Shown: piece by piece, positions 49,545 through 59,808 of the stretch | Layout of the letters: each line of letters opens with the position of its first letter | Position numbering within the stretch: position 1 is the stretch's first letter | Assembly: GCA_012026655.1 (NCBI GenBank) | Contig: JAAILG010001942.1 | Location: forward strand, 1-59,808 | Direction of reading: 5' to 3' | DNA from: Hydrolagus affinis | Taxonomy: Eukaryota | Length of the DNA: 59,808 bases | Translations under genes and position numbers: made by a program | The notes under the pieces: model-generated | The model's input: the letters and a program-made list of their open reading frames with translations, nothing else | What the model was told of the DNA's origin: nothing | The model's database searches: none

Positions 49545-49750
49545 CATGCATTTGATATAGTGTCTTTCATGTCAGGAGCATGTCTCAAATACGCTTCACA
49601 GATTATAATCAGGATATAATTGCTGTGCACAATTGGCTGCTGCATTTCACCCACATACAAGTCAATTCACTTTACAGTATATTCTGTGAAGTGCTTTGAG
49701 ATGTTTAGAAGACGTGAAAAGCGCTATATCAAATGCAAAGATTATTATTA
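49545..49750. mobile_element. Divergent SINE 3' fragments (- at 49545-49601, + at 49617-49750)
   Basis: catgcatttgatatagtg...gcttcacag, then tgctgtgcacaattggctgc...aaatgcaaagattattatta. Confidence 0.85.
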
Positions 49751-49999
49751 TGTAAAGTGTAGTGTCTATATTCTGTAGGCAAATGTTGGTTGCTGATGCA
49801 AAGTGCATTATTGTCCACACAAGGTGGGCGATGAGATGTTTTTGTCAGGCATAATATGGTTATCCTGATTGGGAAAGATAAATAGAATTGCCTCCGGAAC
49901 AGACATGTGAGTATTTTCAAATACACTAACTAATAAAACTGTTTTGTAACCTGATCTTTCTCTCATTTCAATTTAGTTTAGCAGCATATAATTTGAAAA

Positions 50000-50659
50000 A
50001 ATATGCCTGTTTCCACTTTGTCATCACCAAAGGCTTCACGTCCAGCCCCCGCACTGTCACCTGTGGCATCCTGCAGAGCTCTGTCCTTGGCTCCCTACTT
50101 TTCACGAGCTACATGCTCCCCCTTGGTGACATCATCCACAGACATAGGGTCAACTTCCACCCAACTCTTATCTTTCTGCTCCCTCCATAGGGTGCAGATC
50201 TTCCAGAACTCTGTGGCCCATGTCCTCTACAACTCCAAGCTCCGCAACCCCATCTCCTTCATTCTCACTCGACTCCATTGGCTCCCCATCAACCAGACGA
50301 ATCAATTCAAGATCCTGGTCCTCACCTTCAACATCCCCATGGCCTTGCCCCACCCTACCTCTGCGACCTCCTAACCCCCTACCAAGCTGCCAGTTTCCTC
50401 CGCACAGCGGGCTCCGATCTGCTCATGTCCCCTGACCCACCAGCCTCACCATTCTGCAGTCCCTCCCTAGCCTCTTTCAAGTACCACCTCCAGACCCTCC
50501 TCTTCAAGGATCCCATCGGTCACCCCAAATCCCCTCTTTTCCCACCACCCTCCCTAATCTCGAGCCCTCCTCGGGTCTGAAAAGATTGACTGTCCAGCAC
50601 CTTGGGACGTCCTCCCGACGTGAAAGGCACTGTACAAATGTAATTTTGTTGTTGTTGTT
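50000..50659 (+). mobile_element. L2 LINE fragment with RT-domain remnant, internal deletion and 3' end
   Basis: CGILQSSVLGSLLFTSYMLPLGDIIHRH resembles GVPQGSVLGPLLF..Y..PLG.II; then LHWLP..FKILVLT; GTT tail. Confidence 0.92.
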
Positions 50660-51764
50660 ACTTTTTAGTTTGGTCAGTTTTAGCAATACACAGTCACTTC
50701 ATCATAAATGAATGAAACACTTTGGGATGTCGTACCCATGTGAAAGACACTATACCAAATGTAAAGATGGTTATTGTCATTAACAATATAAGATTTACAG
50801 TTATCCACACGATATGATCCTGACAACAGCGTTTAAAATTTTGCCTACTCTACTATGGAGAAATCCTCCGGGTACTGCAAACTGTCTGAAAATCTTCACC
50901 TAATTAATCTGCTGAAATCTGCTGTCCTTTAATTCTGTGGAGCCACAGAACAAATTGACTCAAGCGCGATTACATGACATGCCCTAAAACCATGTTCAGG
51001 TTATCACTAGAAAAATTCAGTGTCTTCTGTCCAAAGCTTTTGTAAGTGTGCAACCAATAACAACTTGCTTTAGAAAATGGGTAGGAAAGTTCTCAGAGTG
51101 CTTACAATGTATGTGCCGGGTGCAGAACAAAGTGAAATAGAGGCAGAACTTGAACCTTTTGCAAAGTGAGACTTTTCACAGTTAAATAATTGTCCTCATT
51201 AAATCAGCTGCATAATTGGCTAATCAGTTTCAAGGTTTCTATTCCAGTTAAAATTTGGTTCACATTCATTCACAAATTATTGCTTTGCTATAAGGTCATT
51301 AAAACCCAATGTGAGTTGTAAATAGCACAGTTCCTTTGCCTGTTTTACTTTCTTGGAACTCGTATGAAAATGCCATTTTGCAACTAATCACAACTGAATG
51401 TTCTAAAGGGGAATGAAAGAAATGCTTTGGATCCTTCTTAAATCACTTTGGGTTTCAGGCGTAGTATGAGTCATGCCAATTTCCAGGACCCAAATCACCT
51501 GGAAGAGCATGTCTCACACCATTAGCACAGCTCAATGTTTGAGTAAACATCCAATCAGACGCCAGTAGTCAGTATTCTGGGCATGTATTTTGAGTACGTA
51601 TAGAAGGAGCTCTGCTTTCCACTTGACTACAATGCTCGCAAGCAGGACAACTCTGCTGTCTACTTACATCCCTTTTATAAAACGTCAACACTTCCCCTCT
51701 TGGCACACTATAACTGGGACATATGACCCAGGCAAGTGTTGAGCCTTGAGTTGTGACTAAATGG

Positions 51765-51846
51765 TTCATACTTCCTGCAACTTTGTGACACAACTCTCAC
51801 CTGACTCCAAAGATGTTTGGCTGTCACATTCGAATTCCTATGTAGC
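51765..51846 (+). repeat. Copy 1 of an unexplained ~85-bp dispersed direct repeat
   Basis: Aligns with 53134-53220 (aactttgtga.acaactctca.ct...tcca.ag.tgtttggctgtcac.ttc...gtagc). Confidence 0.8.
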
Positions 51847-53133
51847 AACACAGTATAAATACTAAATACATACTGTCTTCCAACCCTGTAACAATACAAT
51901 AATAGTAGGTGGCATTTTTAAATCAGATTGGAACACAGTTCATTAGGTAGGGGTAGCCTTTCTCATCTCTCAGGTTCATACCAGAGCAATAAATGCAATT
52001 ACTATTGGTTTACTGCAATGGGTCAGAACATCCTTGAAACAAAGGTTTTTAAGTGCAAAGCTCAAAATACGCAATGCTATTCGCTACCAAAAACCACCAT
52101 CTTGTGATGGGATGTTCAAGTCTGAATTACTCCTATGTATCACCATCTGACAATTTTGCCCCATATTGGTTAATACAAATTTTGCCATACTGTTGACCAA
52201 AATCTATCATATTAAAATGTTTTTGATGAATTCACAAGAGAAAGATTGAGCAAGTGTTCTTGATATCAGCCAAGTTATTTCCATGTTTCCAAGAATTCCT
52301 TGTCCTCCCGAAAGTTTCTGTCCCAACTCCAGTGCTGGGCAAATCCCTCTGGAAACACTTGTTTTGAAATACGACATTCAGTGGTGGGTTAGAAGACCCA
52401 TTTGAACTGTTTGCAGCATGGATTATATTTTTCAGGTTACGGAATGTCGGCAATTGAAGTTGAGCATCAGTGAATCTCTAGGAGATTGTGTCTGAAGTAT
52501 GAAGAGCAAGCACAGGCCTTAGCTGTGGAGAATACACGTGTCTGCCTGTGAGACCAGTCAGCATGCATTTGGCAGTGATGGGTAAATAAATTGCTTCATT
52601 TGAGAGAAAGACATGTGGCTCCTGCTGCCAGCTTTCTGTCAGCCAGCAAATGCCAGATGCCAATTTTTGGAGTGCTGACCTAATTAATAGCAACAGCGAG
52701 TAGGCCAATAAAACAGGAACATTTTTATTTATTTTTGTTTATTTTTTTAAAAAAAAGCCTGGTGTACATCGTGGTGTACTCAGTAGCAGAAAGTTCTTCT
52801 AGTGTAGCGTGTCGGTGTACAATGTGATAGCTTCAGTGCAGATAAAGGGAGCCTGTCATGGTAGCAAAGTGTCCAGTTTTAGAATTCTTACAGGGATACC
52901 AAAATAGGAAGGGAAAGGCATGTCTGAAATCAATACACGGTATTGTTGACTTTGGCAAACATTATACTCAGAAGATGTGACAGTAAGACATTGAATCAAT
53001 GTGGAATCAATCCCACAAATAAGTTCCACACTCAGTGATTTACTGCTAAGTATTCTCTGCATGTCACAAGTGCAGTATGAAGTAGGATAGTAATAGGATC
53101 TTAATTGGCACTGTTCAAAAGACAGAGGATGCT

Positions 53134-53220
53134 TTCATGCTTTCTGTAACTTTGTGAGACAACTCTCATCTCAGTCCAGAGGTGTTTGGCTGTCACGTTC
53201 AAAATCAAATCCCACGTAGC
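53134..53220 (+). repeat. Copy 2 of the unexplained ~85-bp dispersed direct repeat
   Basis: Aligns with 51765-51846. Confidence 0.8.
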
Positions 53221-56200
53221 CAGGTCTGAGACTGCATTTTATGTCTGAGACTCTGATTTTATTTGCATATCCAAGTTATGCTTCATTAACATTGTCAAAT
53301 ATGTATGAAAGTATTTAATGTGGCCCAGGCATTGAGGGCTAACCACTATTAAAAGCAAGTGCTTTCTCACATTCACCTCCTTTTACTGATTTACCCAACA
53401 TGACTGAGGAGCGCTTCTTACTTGCCAGTACTCGGGATTGGGATTTTATTCCTACTTTTGTCTTATCGCAAATGTCTATCTCTGTAACTCTTTGGCATTA
53501 TGAAGTAAACCAGATCAGTGACAAAAAAAATAATTGGTGCTATTCCTGGAGCTGGAATCTTGCTGTAGAAACTCTAGGGATTATCAGAAAGTAATCCAAG
53601 AGCCCCAGTAGATTAATGTATTTAGGCAAATGAGAGACTGTTGAATAGTATAAATATTTTCAGTGGTCTGTGCACTCACACTTAGTTATAGCAGCATATT
53701 AGTGATCCTAAAGGCTGTTGTTTTGATTGTGTAAATTCTGTGAGGTACATTCCACTGTTTGCAAGTGCCTTTTCACAACTGCCTCCCAAGCCCTTGAACT
53801 GCAAAATGTTGGTTGAGTAATAAAACTGTGGAAGCAAATTTTCTGGCATTATGTCTGTGTTCTCCAGTGCTATTTGCAAACGCACATCTTACTGCTCTTT
53901 GGCACTGATACATTGTTTACATTGCTCACTGCCAGCCTCACTTCTTCCTCCAGGGTTACACCCTCCCACTGCTACCTTTAGAGCAAGGGCAGTGGTTTAA
54001 GTAACTAGTTGTATTTAAATTTAATGATTGGGGAACTAAAGAAAAAGTAGTATTTTGGGGAATGAAAAAATAGTCTGTGTACACACATTGTAAAATGGTC
54101 CTTGCAAAATCTTTTAAAGCTCTATTTGGAGAATCCAGGGTTTGCTGCTAAATGTTCCATACACCGCAGACAAGCAGGTGGACAAGGGAAGTTCGGCAAC
54201 TGGGAGCACTTTGATTACATGACAAGATTCTTGAGGCAAGGAAGTGGTGAAAAGCTATGTTTATTTAGTGTGTTTACGTATGTATCATTCATAACAACAA
54301 ATTCAGCATTAATTTCTCTCACTTGCTGCTGTGAATGTGAGGAGGATGTACCCTTCTAAGCTAAACTAATGAAAGGACTGTGAGCTTCATAGTTGGTACT
54401 ATATTAACCTACACATTGAAATCAGGGCTGTGTCTACCATTGAGTCCTGTGGTCTCCAACCATTGGCTCTCGACAGTCTGTGCTTAATGCTCTCAGGAAT
54501 TGGTAAAGAAGGGACAGTCCCTCCAGAAAGTGAGTGTGCATTCTATCCCAGACTCAGGGAAATTTTAATGTCTACAATAGCAACTTGTATTTATATGGCA
54601 CCCTTCGTGCAGGGTAGTGTCCTCTGGCACTTAATATCCACATACATATGTGGATGTCTGGTTTGGATACTCGTAATGAGGACAGGTTTTGTTTGTGGCA
54701 AACAACAAGTTGTCCAAAACAAGCCTACGATTGAGACTATCAGTACTTACTTATAATGATCATACCACGTTGAGGCACAATCAGTGCAGACTGCAGTATC
54801 GTACACAGCTCGATTTCCTCTCCTTCAGGACCTCTCCCACAGTAACAAGCTGTGGGAAGGAAGGGAGTGCCGCAAAATAACAAATGTTAAGTATGTTTTG
54901 TCAAGGCAGATTACTATTTCTAAACTATTATTTTGCTCATTAGAAATCTGAAAACCCACCAGCCTGTGTTACTGATATTTTTCAGAAATCTGCATATTTG
55001 TCAAGCAAGCTCTTCCATCTTGCACCTGCTTGCTGCACATGTCCGTGATCACACTGCTGGGTGTTCAGAATGCTGTGCTTCTGCGGCTGATCAAACTATT
55101 CTAAGTACAGTACAATGAAAGTGGTCATGAAGGAGCAAGTAAAGAGCTGGAGATTCTAGAGGCTAGAGGGAACATGAATTGGATATTACAGATTTGGATT
55201 ATACAAAGCCCTAAAGTTGGGTGGAAGTTCTGTCCTCAAAATCTTAACTAAAAACATTTTCAAGCCAGATTATTGTTTTAGGAGTCTTTTCAAGAACAAG
55301 CACTGACCTTCTGGTTACTACTTGACTGTAACTTCCAAAATGTTGGAAGTAATGATATAGAAGCAACACCATAGAATTGGGAATACAAGTGAAACACTAG
55401 CATTAGTGCTGAGAGGCACTCAACTATTGTAAAGCAGTGGTTCATTATTTCTGGCTGTTGAGCTCCTGCAGCTGTTCTCTGCTCTGGAGACCTGGTCTGA
55501 GCTGGTCATTGTTATCAGGCCGGGCGGAAGAGTGTCAGACATCAGACCTCAATGTACACAGCCAACAGATGGCAAAAGTGTGCAAAAGTACTGAAATTAG
55601 CTAATGCTCTGGCTTTAAGTTATGCGTGCATTGCCAGTTCTTGCTTGGGAAATGGACAAGTTACAAAGGGAGTGGGACACTTAAAATGTTTCTGAAAGTT
55701 AATCATTAAAAATCCTAAGCAGGACCTTTCACTATGACATTGGATAGGTGCTTCAGTTAAGGGCTTGTAATTAGGATCCAGTTACTTGGATATCATTTTA
55801 ATATTTAACATAATTTTTAATTTAAAAAAATACATTTTCAGGGAATAGTTTGTTGCAGGAATCACCCACTTCTTTAAAAGGTTAATTTATAATTGTCATA
55901 ATTTGGAGCATCCCTCTCTTCCCACTGTTCTGTGCACCGGTGCCCTCATAAATTATGTTTCTTTACCAGAGTTCTTATTACTTGTAGTACTTGATGCACA
56001 TAAGTCATCCCGTCTCCAGTTAAAATAGTTATTGTTCTGTAACCTGCCTTGCAACATTTTATTTCTTAATGTCAAAACATGTACTAGTGAAAAGGTCAAG
56101 AGACTGCTTGCATCCTTTTAGGATTAGATGCTAAAAGGCTCCGGTTTAGGTGAGGAATGCAGAGATGTTGTACTGAAACTTAGCGGAAATAAACTGTGTG

Positions 56201-56918
56201 TCACGATAAAGAATGACAGCCTTGTTGAAAGAAAAATTGAAATGGTGTAAAACGTCAGCAGCCTATGTACCAAGTGGACTTCATCACCGCATCAAAGCAA
56301 ATGTTTAACATGGGCTTTTTAGCCCAACACAGCCCTTTATTGTTTTATTACAAATACACAGTAGCATTAACAAATGTTTCATATTGCAAAGTTAAAGTGA
56401 TAATTTGGCATCTAGCATAATTGAATCAAAGAGTAAAAGGCCTTTCTCCTTTTCTGCATATGTTTACGAGTGAATAAGCTGAGGTCACATTGCAATGCAA
56501 TTTCATCCCCTCCCCTCTTCCCCCCCACCCCCTTCTCTCATTCCCAGTTTAGGATAGGAGACTTACGGGAGTTACTCTCCAAAAGGAAATATCTATTTTG
56601 TTTTTGAAATGCTTTGCCAGTTTTGAGCAATTAAAGAACGTCTCGATGATCATGTTTAAAAATAGAGCTAGCTTCTTGCACACTTTCATGCAGTTGTATT
56701 GCATGTCAACTGCAGAAGGTTTAGCGTGATTAGACATGCGCTGCATGTGAATGTTTCCTGGGTCATAGCCTGTTGTCACCCTAAATTTGGCTTCATATGT
56801 CAAGTGTCGCTAACTATGTTGATGAGCGTATGACACAAGCTATCTATTACCTCTGGAATGTAAATATTTATCCAGGAACAGGCTGTGTACCAAGTTTGGG
56901 GTTGCAGCGCAATGAGAG

Positions 56919-57003
56919 TGGTGTCTAGAACTTGGAATACTTTTACCAGTGCCTGGAATTTTTGGTGTCTAGAACCTGGAATACTTTTACCAGTGCCTGG
57001 AAT
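56919..57003. repeat. Tandem duplication with a 44-bp period
   Basis: tggtgtctagaacYtggaatacttttaccagtgcctggaat occurs twice with one mismatch. Confidence 0.95.
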
Positions 57004-57240
57004 CGAGCAGAGAAACAGTGGCGACGATTCAAGCCTGAACTGGGACACAGATGCTGAATTTTGAATGTTTCCAGAAATTAAAGAACAGATGGCCATCCCA
57101 TCAAGCATTGAAACAGTTCAAAAGGCTGCACCTGCCTCTTATACTGGATCTGGAAAGAAATTCCTCACCCGAGCTTAAACTCTGGATGAGACCCAATTTT
57201 TGTTTTTAACATTTTTGTTTTTTTTTGGTAATTCTTCTAG

Positions 57241-57434
57241 GTGCTAAAAGAACAAGTGAGTTGTGTTGTGTTAACACTAGCCATCTGTCTGTCCATCCAG
57301 AATCAAATCTCTTGCTATATAACTTTTTTGCTGTGAAAGACTTCTCATCATACCGGGTCCAAACTGGGTTAAATGTATTGAAAACTATTCATGCTTTCTG
57401 ATGATTTTGTTTGGAAGAGCAATGAGTTTCGGAG
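57241..57434 (+). other. Candidate exon with two donors: 15-nt microexon (57241-57255) or 194-nt exon ending ATGAGTTTCGGAG
   Basis: Very strong acceptor tttttgtttttttttggtaattcttctag|; donors CAA|GTGAGT (57255) and GAG|GTAAGA (57434). Confidence 0.55.
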
Positions 57435-57519
57435 GTAAGACCTGAGACTTTTTCCCCTATAACATGCAGCATAATGAAACGGAAATATCAGTTATTTGGG
57501 CAGGGTTGATGGTGCAGTG

Positions 57520-57860
57520 GAAGTAGCTGCAGGATAAGGTGTGATCCAAATCCCAATCCATGCTAAAATTCATAGCTTCAACCTGGGCTGCATGAGGAAG
57601 CTAAATTGGACCTGGTCTTCCCAGGGTGAGGAAAGGGAATACAGCCAGGTTTCCTACTCCTTGGTTTCCTACTATAATAGCCATCACCAGTAATGGGCGT
57701 GTGGCAGCCAGGTGACCAGAGGTTAGGCTCGACTGTGACACACTCTGCAATTCAGTAGCCTGCTGATTGCACGTTGTCAAGGTTCAACATGAAGAATGGC
57801 CACTTGAGTGGAGTTTTGGAGGGAAACCAGTGCCTGTGGACTGCACCAAGGAGGCTCGTG
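57520..57860 (+). mobile_element. Decayed ancient SINE-like repeat, unclassified
   Basis: cagccaggtttcctactcc...ggctcgactgtgac...tagcctgctga...catgaagaatggccacttg...gtgcctgtggactg resembles a repeat I recall from shark genomes. Confidence 0.5.
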
Positions 57861-58202
57861 ACCGGGAGCAGAGGCATATGCCAAAATAAAACGGCTTTAA
57901 GAATGTATTTGATGCATATTATTCAGTAAAGCACAAGGCTAGTGAACACATGGATTTAAATATTGCTATTTAAACCCTTTGTTATATTGCTGCTTTTGTC
58001 CAGGTTTCAACTCGTATGTTATCCTATTCGTCACAGTAGAGAGGAATACCAGTACAGTGGCAAGGGTGTTGGAGCTCAGTGTAGGGTTTTATGTAAGGAG
58101 AAGCAGGTTTAAATGATATGACAAGGTATTGCTGAGATTCTGCTTGGGGAAGAAACTCACTCGGAAACAGTTTGACAGATTGCTGTGCCCTCACCCCTCA
58201 TT

Positions 58203-58316
58203 TTTCATTTCTCGCGCAAAATTTTAATTAACTTTACAGTATCTTCTGTGAAGTGCTTTAAGACACCTTAATCACATGATAAGGCACTATACCAAATGCA
58301 AGAATCATTATTATTG
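58203..58316 (+). mobile_element. SINE family A 3' fragment
   Basis: actttacagtatcttctgtgaagtgc...gataaggcactataccaaatgcaagaatcattattatt. Confidence 0.8.
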
Positions 58317-59647
58317 TCTTATTACAGTATTATGGTTCCAGTGCAAATCTTTTGCTTAAATCATACAATCAGCAGACTCTCGGTCGTACAAATATACGTG
58401 AAATCCAGCATGATACTTTTCCATGAGAACATTGTTGTTGTGGTCCTTTGCTGTCACTCCTGGATATTTTGGCAGCTGCAAAGGGTTATTTGATCTTTCA
58501 CACTTCCACATCTACTGTACCGGCCTCCCATTCCACTATCAAGCTGTTCCTTAAATAAGCTGATCTTATGTTGATTCACATTTAATTTTCTTTTCCCACC
58601 TCCCCACTGTCTTCCTCCTAAGCTCCTACTCTTACTTACGTATTTTCTTGACCACAGGTCTAGAGGGAACAAATATTTTAACTATTTCAATTTAGAAAAT
58701 AAGAGGTTCAGTTGAACTAAAACTGGACTTGGATTGTTGCAACCTTCCACACAAGCCTTCACAAGACAATTTTTGATAGTTAGGACAAAAAGGAAATTTT
58801 TTCCTTGACAATCTGTTAATTTTAAGTCAGTAGTTGGGTGGGGTGGGGGAGGATGGAGAAAAATATATTTAACTTTCCTTCCCTTTCCCCACCCACCGAA
58901 TGTCTTCAAAATAACAGATTGTGAAGGAATAAAACCATTGTGTGTCTACAAAGGTAATTTTTTGGTCAAGAACAAAACTTTTGGAAGTTTAGTGGGTTCA
59001 CACCATTGTCTTTGTGAATGGGTATTTTAAGTGCCTGTGCCAGACAATGCAACAAAACCTGGAAACTTCTCCATGACATGGACTACTGTAGGGTGGATTT
59101 GAAATAACTGGTGAATACATTAACAGTATTTTATATTTAGTTATTTAGTATTTTATATATTAATTGCATTACATACATGCTCACAAACATGCCACCACAT
59201 TATCCAGCCGGGTGAATGATAATGATCGTTTCCTTCTCCCTTGTCCAAATGATAAGTAATAATTTTAGTGTTGGTTAGATGCACCATAAGGACATAACAG
59301 ATGCGATGAAAAGCGACTATGAAAGGACTGTGAAAGAAGAACCTGAAACACATTGAACTCTTAGATTTTAATGGTCCTTGGTAAAACAGTGTTTGTTTCA
59401 CAGCACACAATGTTTGGCCTGAAAGCAGTGAGCATCAATGGGTTCTCGATGTGAATAAAGAGGGTGTTTTCCTTTTCCTTACACCAAATGCATTGAGTTT
59501 CATTGATGGTGCAATGGGAACTTTCTACAAAATAATTTTAAAGTGTTAATGTGGCACAAACCAAAGGCTGAATAAATGAAAGTGAAATACTGAAATGTTA
59601 CTGATATGAGAAATTGTAGTTTAAACTTTGTTTGGTTTACTCACTAA

Positions 59648-59808
59648 ATAATAATACTAATCCTTGCATTTGATATAGCGCTTTTCATGTGTTCTAAACA
59701 GAATATGCTGTGAAGTGAATTGACTGTATATTTGTGGCTGAAACGTGGCAGCGACTTTGCGCACAGCAGTGTCCCACAAATAGTCGTGATTTGAGTGACC
59801 AAATTATT
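59648..59808 (-). mobile_element. SINE family A 3' part, runs off the window end
   Basis: aataataatactaatccttgcatttgatatagcgc...gcgcacagcagtgtcccaca. Confidence 0.9.

Noticed and set aside
49993-50374. Functional reverse transcriptase gene
   Set aside because: Motifs are degenerate, YADD is missing through an internal deletion, and the frames are broken.
55562-55575. CTCF-like motif CCAACAGATGGCAA
   Set aside because: A single imperfect match, expected by chance in 60 kb.
56919-57003. CRISPR-like repeat
   Set aside because: Two adjacent copies with no spacer, in vertebrate DNA, with no cas genes.
57422-57434. Naming the host gene from MSFG (e.g. DCLK1 begins MSFG)
   Set aside because: Four residues are not diagnostic. 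DCLK1 continues with Arg (MSFGR), whereas the next codon here starts with G at a splice donor.
372-59410. The many 60-140 aa ORFs in the supplied track as genes
   Set aside because: Short, often with non-ATG starts, without recognisable domains or consistent splice structure. Those with homology are L2 remnants or SINE read-throughs.

Overview
AT-rich, CpG-depleted vertebrate genomic DNA. The repeat complement (tRNA-derived SINEs with Deu-type bodies and L2 tails, L2/CR1 LINE 3' fragments, Penelope-like palindromic termini, Tigger/pogo and hAT MITEs) points to a cartilaginous fish, probably a holocephalan such as elephant shark; this is inference from repeats only. I cannot identify any intact protein-coding gene, RNA gene or prokaryote-type system. 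The only ORFs with recognisable homology are decayed L2 ORF2 pieces. The window reads as the long first introns of an unidentified + strand gene. It has a relatively CpG-rich shore at 1-700, a GC-rich exon candidate full of short ORFs at 5829-6118, and a strong acceptor at 57240 that can define a 15-nt microexon or a 194-nt exon ending ATGAGTTTCGGAG. There is a 100-N assembly gap at 37921-38020. Most notable observations: (i) a modular SINE (tRNA head + CORE-like segment + Deu-like 3' body + L2 tail) in two structural subfamilies; (ii) three locally templated direct or inverted insertions inside retroelements; (iii) recurrent outward-facing SINE tail pairs; (iv) a 53-bp near-perfect hairpin whose arms appear to have changed together; (v) an unexplained ~85-bp element duplicated 1.37 kb apart. 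Repeat boundaries were read by eye and are approximate. Family names come from recalled consensus sequences, not from searches.
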